The translations under genes were made by a program, and so were the position numbers. Positions 18,887-28,486 of a DNA stretch of 64,000 nt are shown piece by piece (within the stretch, counting starts at the first letter, position 1; each line of letters begins with the position of its first letter). This DNA comes from an uncultured archaeon (GTDB lineage: Archaea; Thermoproteota; Bathyarchaeia; Bathyarchaeales; Bathycorpusculaceae). Location: assembly GCA_963782915.1 (NCBI GenBank), contig CAWALK010000020.1, positions 390,487 to 454,486 of the forward strand, read 5' to 3'. The notes under the pieces were generated by a model. It saw only the letters and a program-made list of their open reading frames with translations, had not been told where the DNA came from and searched no databases.

Positions 18887-20980
18887 TTATCTTTCTATCG
18901 AGATTTTGCTAACACCCGCTTCCTTATCCAAAATAATCACATGGTCGCCTTTGGCAGCGAAATCTTCACTATGCGTTACCGCAATAATCTGCTCAATAGC
19001 CTTGAATCGGCTAATTGCCTCAGCCAACCGTTCAATGCTGCCGTCTTCACTGCCCAAATTCTCCGTGGGCTCATCAAGCATAAGCATACTCAAACCGTGG
19101 CCAGTGCGGGACTGCATAATCAACTGCCCCAAACCAAGTCGGTAAGCAAACGCCAACAACGTGCGTTCGCCGCCTGAAAGGTTAGCTACTTCTCGGTCAA
19201 CTCCTGCCTCGCTTTTCACGTAGGGCGTGTAGGTTTCGTCGATGACTACGTTTAGCATGGGTGTTTCGCCGCCGACTAAGTTGTCGAGGATTTGCTGTAC
19301 GAAGTTGCGTAGTACTTTGACGAATTCGCTGCGTAGTTTGGGTTGGATGCTGCGGTAGGCGTCGCGGACTGCGCTGAGTAATTCGACGGTTCGGCGGATT
19401 TTTTCCATGCGCTCCAGTTTTTCCTGTGCGAAATTGATGCGGTCTTTGGTGTCGTCTAATCGGCGGGCTAAGTCTTTTTTGCGGTTCTCTTTTGTGCGTA
19501 AATCTGATTCTACGGTGTAGTATTGTTTGAGGGCTTGGTCTTTTTTGTCTTTGGCTGCTTGGAGTTCAGATAAGTCGAATTTGCTGATTTCAAGGACCAA
19601 AGCTTCGAGTTCGCCGTGCTGCTCAACCTCTAGCCGCTGCTGCATCTCAAGCTCGGCGGTTAGGGTTTTGAGGTTAGTTTCTTCCTCAGCAATCCGCGAT
19701 TTCAGGTCAGCGCCTCGTGTTAGGCAATTCTGCAGGTTAGTGTAGGCTTCGGAAGCTACAGTTTTGGTTTTTTGTAGGGTAGCAACTTCGAGTCGTAGGT
19801 GGTTGATGGTTTTTTCCCGTTCGCTGTTTTCCTGTTTTATGCTGGACAATAAATCAGTCTTATAGTTGCCCAGTAAGGGTTGGCTGCAAACGGGGCATTT
19901 GCCTTCCCCAGTTTCAACCAATGTAGCGGCTCTTTTCTGGTCCTGCTGAATGCCCCGTGAGGTGGCTTCCTGTTCAGCTCGCATCTGAGAAATCTTATCA
20001 TCCAAACCCGCTAAGAATGGTGCTAGCTGCTCAAAGGGCTGATTAGCTGGCAACCCCGCCTGCTCCAGCTTGGCTAGGCACAGCTTCATTTGGCTATCCA
20101 AAGAGGTTTGGCGTTGCTGGAGGTTGTCGATGATGGTTTTTTTGCCCTCAACCCGCTCGGTAAGAGACGCCAAGTTTCGGGTCATGTTGGCGATGTTGGC
20201 GTTTACCCTTGCTTCTTTGCGTTTGAGTTCTTCTATGGCGAGTTTTTTCTCTTCGGAACGTTTCAGCCTCAGGTCAGCTTCTTCCAAAGCCCGTTTAGCG
20301 ACTTCTAGTCTCTGCGCTGAATCTTCCAAATCCATCTCTAAAAGCGTGAATTCTTCGCTTGCCCTGTTATACTCGGCGCTAAGCTTCTCCAAACCCACCA
20401 CATCGGGGTCCTTCTCATACACCCGTTTCTCAGTTTCGTAGTCGCGTTGGTACTGGGCAATGTTGCTCCAAGCCACCTCATAATCGGATAAGCCAAACAG
20501 TTCATCGAGGCGAGTTTGCCTATCGCGGGGCTTCGCATCCAGCAGTTCCTTAAGGTGTTCTTGGCGGAACCAAACAATCTCGCGGTACAAATCTCGGTCT
20601 AAGCCAGTGATGGCTTTGAGTTGTTCTGCGATGGCGTCAGTTTTCATGCTGGCAAGCAGCTTTTCCTCTTCAAAGAGTTTTAGCTGTTCTATGTCTTGTG
20701 TTATGCTTTTGCCCTTGCGTTTTAAGCCTCGGACCAACTTGTAGGTGTTGCCATTATGGCTAAACTGAACCGTAACTCGGCACCAATCTGCCCCTTCACG
20801 CATCAAATAATCAAAACTACGCCCAACCGCATCCCCGAACAGGGCAAAATCGACTGCGTAGAGGACACTGGATTTGCCGCATCCCACTCCCCCAACAACA
20901 CAGTTGAAGCCATGCGTAAAGGGCACTGTGGATTTGGTGTGGCTGCGGATATTTTCCAGCACAACTACGTCGATTTTCAT
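18887..20980 (-). CDS. rad50: DNA double-strand break repair Rad50 ATPase
   Basis: Walker A GGVGCGKS, coiled coils, Zn-hook CPVC, signature LSGGE, Walker B LDEPT, VTH; overlaps mre11. Confidence 0.92.
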   Translation of the reverse strand: MKIDVVVLENIRSHTKSTVPFTHGFNCVVGGVGCGKSSVLYAVDFALFGDAVGRSFDYLMREGADWCRVTVQFSHNGNTYKLVRGLKRKGKSITQDIEQLKLFEEEKLLASMKTDAIAEQLKAITGLDRDLYREIVWFRQEHLKELLDAKPRDRQTRLDELFGLSDYEVAWSNIAQYQRDYETEKRVYEKDPDVVGLEKLSAEYNRASEEFTLLEMDLEDSAQRLEVAKRALEEADLRLKRSEEKKLAIEELKRKEARVNANIANMTRNLASLTERVEGKKTIIDNLQQRQTSLDSQMKLCLAKLEQAGLPANQPFEQLAPFLAGLDDKISQMRAEQEATSRGIQQDQKRAATLVETGEGKCPVCSQPLLGNYKTDLLSSIKQENSEREKTINHLRLEVATLQKTKTVASEAYTNLQNCLTRGADLKSRIAEEETNLKTLTAELEMQQRLEVEQHGELEALVLEISKFDLSELQAAKDKKDQALKQYYTVESDLRTKENRKKDLARRLDDTKDRINFAQEKLERMEKIRRTVELLSAVRDAYRSIQPKLRSEFVKVLRNFVQQILDNLVGGETPMLNVVIDETYTPYVKSEAGVDREVANLSGGERTLLAFAYRLGLGQLIMQSRTGHGLSMLMLDEPTENLGSEDGSIERLAEAISRFKAIEQIIAVTHSEDFAAKGDHVIILDKEAGVSKISIER

Positions 20981-22192
20981 TTCGATAGCTCCTCGATGGC
21001 TTGCTTAACTTTCTCGTCCTGTTTGCGTGCCAATGGCTCGATTAAGTTGAGGGCTCCATGCGCTATTTTTTGTGCTTCTTCTTTGCCGTAGCGGTCAGCG
21101 AAAATCTCCACGAAGTACTCATACGCTTTAGTTTTTAGATCTTTGAATTCGCCCTCAAAGATGGAGCGGACCACTTCATCGGAAACCGCAGTCTCCTTTA
21201 GCTGCACTATCGGGTGCACAAGTAGCGCTTTTTGGGCGGCAGCACGAATTCTGGGCACATCCACTTCAGTTCTGCTTGCCTCCGCTGGCAGGGTGCCTTT
21301 TAAAACTGGGATTATGATGGCGTCTGCTTCGTCAGCATCCTTAACCATCTGCACCGCTTGCTCAGTAATCTTCGCCGCAGCCATCCCCGAATAATCAAAC
21401 TCTACAATAACGAATCTACGTGGGGATGTTAACTCGATTAGTTCGGGGTAAACTTGGCCTTTTTCGTCTACTTTGACGTGGTAGAAGCCTTTGGTTATTG
21501 TGGCTTCGTCGTAGCCGACGGTTTCTGTGCAGCCACTATAAACGAGGATGCCGTCTTTGAATTTGCTTTGAATTCGGTCATGGATGTGTCCTGCGGCGTA
21601 ATAGCAGAATCCATCTGGTAATTCGGAGGGTAATATTTCTGCCTCGATATAGGGTGGTTTGACGTCTGGTAAATCGAGGGCGCCATGAAACACAAAAATG
21701 TTGGCTACGCCTGCTTTGGGTGTCGGCGGGTTTTCTTCCATGAATTTCGGGAGGGCTTCTTGGGTTTTGTGGCGGTTGTGGTAGTTTGGGATGCCGTAGA
21801 CGTAGCAGGAGTCGGGTTTGCTCCAGCATGCGCCCCGATGTCGTGGGAGGTGAATGATGAGGCCTGCGCTGTCCAATGGATACAGGATGGTGCTTGTTAT
21901 GGTGTTAGGCGCGGAGTCATGTGAACCGTCTACAGTTAAGACTGGGATGCCTGCGTCTTTTAGGCGCTTGAAACTCCGAATCGTATTTTCCAGAGTATGA
22001 TTGGAGGGTCTGGCTTGATGAAAGAGGTCACCTGCGATAATCATGAAGTCAGGTTTTAAGCTCGATTGTTTTATCCACGAGTTCGCTGAAAGCGTTGTCG
22101 AAGTCTTGCCTACGCACTTCTAAACCGTACTGAGAGTACCCCAAATGCAGGTCAGATGCGTGGACAAAGCTAAACGGCTTCAAAGATTGCAA
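20977..22192 (-). CDS. mre11: Mre11 nuclease (indel near 22055)
   Basis: Upstream frame encodes FVHASDLHLG (motif I); main ORF has GDLF, GSHD, FHG, GHIH and YSG. Confidence 0.92.
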
Positions 22193-22282
22193 GACTCCCT
22201 TACGTTTCCTTCGATGGTTGTTATGGTTTGCTTGTTTTAAAGCGTTTATGCTTCTGCCGTTTCAGCTAGTTAGAGCTTCATG

Positions 22283-22682
22283 CTAGGACATTTGTTCTAT
22301 TGGAATAGCGACTTTGCATTTCTTTAGCAAATGAGAATCCACAGTAACGAGCTTCAAGTTTTCTTTCTCTGCTAAATAAGCGTAGGAAGCATCATAGAAA
22401 GTAAGGTTCCTCTCTATAGCAACAGCTAGAACATTAGCCATTGAGTCGAGTTCAAGTTTAGTTAAAGCCTGCATTGCTTTCGAGAAAGTGGTTGCAGCTA
22501 ATTGCGGGTTCTTCATTCTTCCATGCTGGGTTTCTCTCCACAACACATTACCTATTTCATATTCTGTTAGTGCGCTTATTGCGCAATCCTCTGACTTTTA
22601 GAGGAATGCCTGAAAGTAGAATAGGATAGAGTGCGGATGTATCGATCAGGTACTTACATTTCGTCCCTTGTAGCTCTGACAT
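22283..22682 (-). CDS. vapC: VapC/PIN-domain toxin (indel near 22590)
   Basis: YLIDTSALYP, EYEIGNVLW, LTFYDASY and LVTVD..L PIN motifs across two frames. Confidence 0.85.
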
Positions 22683-22881
22683 CTGCTGCCCACTCTTCAG
22701 GTGTAACGTTCATGGCTTCTCTGAGGTCTTTAGCAATTTGTTGTGCTTTTAATTTTTTATTGGCAACTAAATCTTCAAGCGTCGCTTCCACTACTGCCTT
22801 TACGTCTATTCCTAATTTTTCTGCTTCGTCTTTGAGACCTTTTTTGACTCTAACGGATAATACTTCAGTTGTCATAACCAT
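22654..22881 (-). CDS. vapB: VapB-type antitoxin (RHH-like N-terminus)
   Basis: EVLSVRVKKGLKDEAEKLGID...VRATRDE; overlaps the PIN gene. Confidence 0.8.
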   Translation of the reverse strand: MVMTTEVLSVRVKKGLKDEAEKLGIDVKAVVEATLEDLVANKKLKAQQIAKDLREAMNVTPEEWAADVRATRDEM

Positions 22882-22886
22882 GCCGC

Positions 22887-22914
22887 CGTATACAAATGAA
22901 TAATATTGTATACG
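22887..22914. promoter_or_regulatory. Perfect 9-bp inverted repeat, probable VapBC autoregulatory operator
   Basis: CGTATACAA-N10-TTGTATACG, located between a minus-strand TATA (CTTATATA, about 22920-22927) and the vapB start. Confidence 0.6.
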
Positions 22915-23045
22915 ATCGTTATATAAGATTAACGTTGAACCCCCGAAACGAATTTTTCAAGCAGGTATATGTTCAGTTAGGGTTTGAGTGGCAAGTTTTA
23001 AGCCTTTAGCATACAAGAGGCTAATGCAACGCATTGGGGGTTCTG

Positions 23046-23834
23046 CTATTTTTTGGTTCCAGCAACCACTATCATGTCTACATGATAGAGAAAAGTTCCC
23101 TGCTTTGTCTTTTGGGTTAATTCGCTGCGCCACTTCGATAGTTCCTCTTCTGATGCGACTTTGCTCTTTGCAGCTTCAGTGCAGAGCCAATCGTCAAAGG
23201 GTGTCTCAGAAAAGTCTCTTAGAACATACGGGTACACCTCAACCACAAGGTCCACATAGCCGTAGTCATGGAAAAGCTGTAGGAGTTCTCTGCCCGCGAA
23301 CCCGTTGGGCCGCATCTGAGTTGCAAAGAAGGACATAAGCCGCCGCTCAAGGGCGATGTCGCTGAAGTTTACGGAGACACTGCCCCAGTCAGTATCAACC
23401 ACAACCAACCTGCCCCCAGTTCTCAAAACCCGACTGATTTCGGCTAAAACAGTGGGTGCCTCTGATTTCGGTAACACCTGAAAAAGCCGCTCCGCATGAA
23501 CCCTATCAAATTCGCCCTCGCCAAACGGCAACGAAAAAACATCTGCTTGTATGTGCTTCACGTTTTTAGTTACTTTGCTTTCTGCTAATTGGGCGTCTGC
23601 TTTTTTGACCATTTCAGGGTCATTGTCGACGCCTACGATTCTGCCCTCATCGCCGATGTATTCTGAGAGCGCTATTGTATCTATGGCTGGACCGCAGCCT
23701 ACATCGAGCACCTGCGAATCCGCTTCAATCTCCATTAGTTGGTGGCTTCTGGTTTTGATTTGCTCTTCATTGTATGCTGTTTTTTTGAGGTATTCGGCGC
23801 TGATATAGCGTTTATTCTCTTTTGGTTCACTCAC
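23046..23834 (-). CDS. Class I SAM-dependent methyltransferase (UbiE-like)
   Basis: VLDVGCGP, GVD, LPF..GEFD, RVLRTGG. Confidence 0.9.
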   Translation of the reverse strand: MSEPKENKRYISAEYLKKTAYNEEQIKTRSHQLMEIEADSQVLDVGCGPAIDTIALSEYIGDEGRIVGVDNDPEMVKKADAQLAESKVTKNVKHIQADVFSLPFGEGEFDRVHAERLFQVLPKSEAPTVLAEISRVLRTGGRLVVVDTDWGSVSVNFSDIALERRLMSFFATQMRPNGFAGRELLQLFHDYGYVDLVVEVYPYVLRDFSETPFDDWLCTEAAKSKVASEEELSKWRSELTQKTKQGTFLYHVDMIVVAGTKK

Positions 23835-23964
23835 GATTCATCAGCATCTTCTCAATTAGTAAGAGGTGTAATTAAGTCATGCTTTGCTGATGGTTTAACC
23901 GCATCATGCTTTGTTTTTTATAGTTAGTAGAAAATGGCGGAGAGCCTCTATACTCTTCTTCTTC

Positions 23965-24055
23965 CTGTGGGCTGGCAGGTGGCTGCTTTTTGGTTTCTGC
24001 GTTGGTGGTGGTTGCAGGCGTTTGAAGAGAATTCCGCAAGCAGATACAGTTAGCC
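23965..24055 (-). repeat. Dispersed repeat, partial copy E (5' part, no hairpin)
   Basis: Reverse complement reads TCTGCTTGCGG...CGCCTGCAACC...ACGCAGAAACCAAAAAGCA. Confidence 0.6.
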
Positions 24056-24164
24056 AACCAGAAGCATTAACTTGCCTACCTCAGGGACCTCCTTATTGCT
24101 AATAGGACCTATGGTACTCTGCCACTGATCCCCTATAGTAGTAGATTAAAAGTTGGTTGGTGTT

Positions 24165-24310
24165 CTTGTTTTTCTTTATTGTGTTGTTGGTAGAAAGCCC
24201 CTATATACAACAACAACCAGCGGCGTTTGCGGGCGATTGTGTTTTAGCTTTAGCGTCCAGAGTTAGGTTGCAGGCGGGTTGTGCAATAAACCGCAACCAG
24301 AACAACACAG
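24165..24310 (-). repeat. Dispersed ~140-bp intergenic repeat, copy D
   Basis: Reverse complement reads CTGTGTTGTTCTGGTTGCGGTTTATTGCACAACC...CCGCTGGTTGTTGTTG-N18-CAACAACA...AGAAAAAC. Confidence 0.8.
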
Positions 24311-24429
24311 ATTTTAAGGGTCTGCCAAAAAAGTCGGAAATGGGTAATGCAGCACACGATTTAATCCCCATATTGGCGTAAAAATATAAGATACCACATG
24401 CATTAACTCAGGAAAGGCGCCAAACAGTC

Positions 24430-25266
24430 ATGAAATGTCAAGCATGCGAAAGAGAAGAAGACCTGCCATTCCGTTGTCCCTACTGCGGCGGAGGATTCTG
24501 CGGTGACCATCGTCTACCGGAAAACCATGCATGCCCCCGAATAGAGCAAGCCAAAGCAGAACGCCAAGGTCAAGTCATGCAACAACAAGGCTACGGCAAT
24601 TATAGTTACAGTTACGTGTATGGGCAAGACCCTCACAAAAAGCAGTTCCATATCCGATGGAGCCCAAAAGAACTCAAACACATAGGTATTGCAGCAGCGC
24701 TTGTCATGGGAATCGGCATCTCCATCGGAGCATTCGCAACATTGCTCCCAGAGTTTTTCGGATTCAGTTTCAAATGGGATCTAACTATGATGGCTGTCTT
24801 CGGAGTAGTCATGATAATCTCATTTCTCACTCACGAAATAGCACACAAAGTCACCGCTCAAAAGAAAGGGTTATGGGCTGAATTCCGCCTAACAACCTTC
24901 GGAGCACTCTTAACGTTTGCATCAATATTCTTGCCTTTCCGCATGATTGCTCCGGGCGCCATGATGATCGGCGGCACCCTACAGAAAAAAGAGGACATCG
25001 TAACAATATCCATAGCCGGACCCATAACCAACATGGCATTCTCAGCGGTATTTCTCGGATTAGCCTTTACGCTGCCCCTTACATACGCATGGTTCGGGGT
25101 ACTGTTGTTCTCAGCATACATCAACGCATTCATGGCTGTCTTCAACTTGGTACCATTCGGCGTCTTAGATGGCCTCAAAATATTCAATTTAAACAAAAAG
25201 GTCTGGGTAGCCGCATTTGTACCAGCCGCGATCTTAGCAGTATTCACTTACCTGCTTTTCGTATAA
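24430..25266 (+). CDS. AN1-type zinc finger fused to M50 (site-2) membrane metalloprotease
   Basis: CQAC..LPFRCPYCGGGFCGDHRLPENHAC; HEIAH, AGPITN, NLVPFGVLDG. Confidence 0.9.
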   Translation: MKCQACEREEDLPFRCPYCGGGFCGDHRLPENHACPRIEQAKAERQGQVMQQQGYGNYSYSYVYGQDPHKKQFHIRWSPKELKHIGIAAALVMGIGISIGAFATLLPEFFGFSFKWDLTMMAVFGVVMIISFLTHEIAHKVTAQKKGLWAEFRLTTFGALLTFASIFLPFRMIAPGAMMIGGTLQKKEDIVTISIAGPITNMAFSAVFLGLAFTLPLTYAWFGVLLFSAYINAFMAVFNLVPFGVLDGLKIFNLNKKVWVAAFVPAAILAVFTYLLFV

Positions 25267-25534
25267 CCCTATTTTATTGTCCTCGCTCAAAAAGCAAATA
25301 ATGATTTACTGTATAATTCCATGCTCCACCCATCCCTGCAGTATTATAACTGTGCAGGTGCCAGCCTTGCGCTTCCCATTCAACAATAGCTCTACCCACA
25401 TCTTCATGATGAGTGACTACAATACATCGCCATTCCTTCATTTCTTTCACCTCTCAAACTTGTGAGGTTACAGCGGCGAGATTTAAGGCATACGCTAAAG
25501 CTAGAAAACTTAAAATTAAAAGTTAAAGGGTTGT

Positions 25535-25843
25535 TTAGATTAATTCGATTGTTACGTGCACTTCTTCAGGCACACGGATACGCATGATTCTACGCATGAC
25601 ACGTTCTTCAGAATCAATGTCGATTAAGCGTTTGTGAATGCGCATTTCCCATCGATCCCATGTCGCTGTACCTTCGCCTGATGGACCTTTAAGGACTGGA
25701 ACACGTAGGCGTTTGGTTGGTAGCGGTACTGGACCGTTCATTTTGACACCTGTCTTTGAAGCGATGCTTCTGAGTTCTCCGCAAACCTCTTCTAGTTTCG
25801 CGTAATCGGTGCTTGTGAGGCGTATTCTTGCTTTTCTTACCAT
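25535..25843 (-). CDS. rps10: 30S ribosomal protein S10 (uS10)
   Basis: KARIRL...[10 protein letters not shown]...[21 protein letters not shown]. Confidence 0.98.
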   Translation of the reverse strand: MVRKARIRLTSTDYAKLEEVCGELRSIASKTGVKMNGPVPLPTKRLRVPVLKGPSGEGTATWDRWEMRIHKRLIDIDSEERVMRRIMRIRVPEEVHVTIELI

Positions 25844-26190
25844 TTTGGTCCATCAATCCATTGTTTTGCCGTTTATTATACGTTGAGTGCACCTATGAGA
25901 CTTAAAGGGCACATAAAAACCTTGCGACGCCCCTAAAACAAAGTGTTATAGGTGTGCACTGCAAAGTTGCAGCTTTTAATACGCTCAATGGTATGGGGAT
26001 TTTCCCTTTTAAAGACTATGGTTGACCAAAAACGCGGATAATCTGCAGTACACACTTTCAATTACACTATTGTTGCTCCAATAAGCGTCTAAGTTTACCG
26101 ATGATAATTCATTGAATTGCAAAAAAGCGCTCTGTCGCTTGATAACATACCTTAAGTACGATTACAACCGACATAGCGCCCGGAATCAAC

Positions 26191-26940
26191 ATGAAAAAAA
26201 CAGCCTTAATTGCAATCCTCATAACCCTAACATTACTCGCACCACTATACGCCTGCCTAAGCATTAACTCCACAGCCGAAGCAGCAACAACCCGAACAAT
26301 CCAATTCTCAGGCTACACCTGGTACGTCGAAAACACAGTCCAACGAGCCCAACCCGGACCCAACTACTGGTCCAACAGCCCCCAAAACGTCTGGCTTGAT
26401 GCAAACGGTTACTTGCACCTAAAAATCACTTACAGCAACGGCAAATGGAACTGCGCAGAATTAACATGCACCCAAACCTTTGGCTATGGCACCTACGCCT
26501 TCTACCTCGCCAGCAGAATGGACAACTTTGACAAAAACGTCATCTTAGGCTTATTCGCTTACAAAGACGACTCCCATGAAGTAGACATCGAATTCTCCAA
26601 ATGGGGCCAAACCAACTACAAGAATGGATGGTACACCGTTCAGCCCCCTGCATACATTGAAGGCAGAAACCAGCGATCTTTCAACGTACAACTTTACGGC
26701 GACTACACCACACACTACTTCACATGGAGAGCAAACAGCATCTACTTTGAAAGCTTCGGCGGCCACTACACAATCGGCCAAGAACCAGCAGGCAACATCA
26801 TCCAATCCTTCACTAGCAACAGCCAAGTTAGCGCAACAGGCGTCAAAGCACACATCAACCTATGGCTCTACCAAGGGCATGCACCCTCCGACGGATCCCA
26901 AGCTGAAGTTATAGTCAAGAGCTTCAAGTATACACCGTAA
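26191..26940 (+). CDS. Secreted GH16-family glycoside hydrolase
   Basis: Signal peptide; NVWLD.NG.LHL, FGYGTY, catalytic EVDIE, INLW. Confidence 0.8.
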   Translation: MKKTALIAILITLTLLAPLYACLSINSTAEAATTRTIQFSGYTWYVENTVQRAQPGPNYWSNSPQNVWLDANGYLHLKITYSNGKWNCAELTCTQTFGYGTYAFYLASRMDNFDKNVILGLFAYKDDSHEVDIEFSKWGQTNYKNGWYTVQPPAYIEGRNQRSFNVQLYGDYTTHYFTWRANSIYFESFGGHYTIGQEPAGNIIQSFTSNSQVSATGVKAHINLWLYQGHAPSDGSQAEVIVKSFKYTP

Positions 26941-26948
26941 TGGCGAAC

Positions 26949-28406
26949 TTAGCTGCGAACGCTGATGGCTTCTGTGCCACCGGCGCGGTCTAGTTTATGC
27001 CACTTTTTCTCTTTTCCAGTTAACGCCTTTACGATGGAAACTATGGTGACTATGTCTATGAACTGTTTGTAGACAAATACGAAGAAGGGCGAATACACTG
27101 CTAACCCATTATGCTCATTATCTATGGACAGCGCCAATAGCGAGACGAAGAGTTGAATCAACATAAACATGAACATCATACGTGCAAACAGCAGCAAACC
27201 ACCCGTTAACATCATCATAACTCCTGCACCTAACGCAATGAAGCTTGCAAGCGGATTAAACAGCGAAAACAGCATGATTGGGAATACAAAGCTGTGAAGA
27301 GCGCCATAACGGCTGTTAGAGAATATGTCTTTGTGTTTGATTATGGTCTGGAATGTTCCTGTGCCCCATCTTACACGTTGTTTGTAGAGGGATTTCCAGC
27401 TGGAGGGAACTTCTGTGTAGGCGTGGGCTGCGGAGCTGGAGCTTACGGCGCCGTGGGTTTTAAGCAACTTGATGGTGATGTCGAAGTCCTCTGTTTGGGT
27501 GTCAGTGTCATACCCACCTACTTCTAGCACTGTTTTCTTTTTAAAAGCACCAAACGCTCCGGGAATAACCATGACTGCGCCAAACAAGGCAAATGCCCTG
27601 CGGATGGTGTTGATTGCCATGATGTATTCGAGTTCTTGGATTTTGGTAATGGTGGATCTGCTGTTGAGAACTTTGATGTTTCCGGCGACTGCGACGTTAT
27701 TGGGGTCGCTTTCCATTGCTTGAACTATTTTATCTACGGCATCTCTGGTGACCATGCTGTCAGCGTCTATGGTGATGATTATGTCGCCTTTAGCGAATAG
27801 AAGCCCAAAATTAAGAGCGGACGCTTTCCCGCCATTGGGTTTTGACACCACTTTCACCCCTTGTTTCTTGTAGCCTTGGGCAACAAAGCGTGTTAGGTCG
27901 CTTGAACCGTCGTCGATTATGATGATTTCTTTGCGTTCATACTTTAAGCTGAGCAAGCTGGTTATCGTGCGTGTGATAACGCCTTGCTCATTGTAGGCAG
28001 GCACCAAGATGGAAACCAGGGGGGTGTTTTTGTTTTCGGGAAGATGGTCTTCTAGTTCCTTGAATTTAGCCGCCGGTATAATGGGATAGGACGTGATGAA
28101 GAAAGCGATGCTAAAGCCCGTTGTAGTTAGGGTTCGATAAACGGCTTCTATTGGACTTGAGCCTAAGAAACCAAAGAAAAACAGTGCAACACACATTACC
28201 GCAGGCACCACTGCCACAAGCATTAATGGTGCGAAACGGCTGCCAACAAACATTTTCTCCTTTTGTCTAGAAAGAAAAATAACATACAAATCAGCGCCAA
28301 AGCCACATGCCATTGCAACAACGATGTCTATGGTTCCGATTAACAGCGACGCAATAGACAGGGTAAGAACCACTAATGCGCCGTAGAGGAGTGTTAGCTG
28401 CCGCAC
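26949..28406 (-). CDS. Processive GT2 membrane polysaccharide synthase (PgaC/IcaA/BcsA-like)
   Basis: PAYNE, DDGSSD, NGGKASALN, IDAD, TED, QRVRW; TM segments at both ends. Confidence 0.92.
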   Translation of the reverse strand: MRQLTLLYGALVVLTLSIASLLIGTIDIVVAMACGFGADLYVIFLSRQKEKMFVGSRFAPLMLVAVVPAVMCVALFFFGFLGSSPIEAVYRTLTTTGFSIAFFITSYPIIPAAKFKELEDHLPENKNTPLVSILVPAYNEQGVITRTITSLLSLKYERKEIIIIDDGSSDLTRFVAQGYKKQGVKVVSKPNGGKASALNFGLLFAKGDIIITIDADSMVTRDAVDKIVQAMESDPNNVAVAGNIKVLNSRSTITKIQELEYIMAINTIRRAFALFGAVMVIPGAFGAFKKKTVLEVGGYDTDTQTEDFDITIKLLKTHGAVSSSSAAHAYTEVPSSWKSLYKQRVRWGTGTFQTIIKHKDIFSNSRYGALHSFVFPIMLFSLFNPLASFIALGAGVMMMLTGGLLLFARMMFMFMLIQLFVSLLALSIDNEHNGLAVYSPFFVFVYKQFIDIVTIVSIVKALTGKEKKWHKLDRAGGTEAISVRS

Positions 28407-28486
28407 TCAAACCTACCATCCATGCCTGAAACCGCAAGGAGATAGCGGAGAACAACTTAGTTGGTGGTTGAATGCGGCAGCAGACT

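Noticed and set aside
25535-25843. rps10 standing apart from the EF-1alpha/str cluster
   Set aside because: True in this window, but rearrangement of this cluster is common in archaea, so it is not distinctive.
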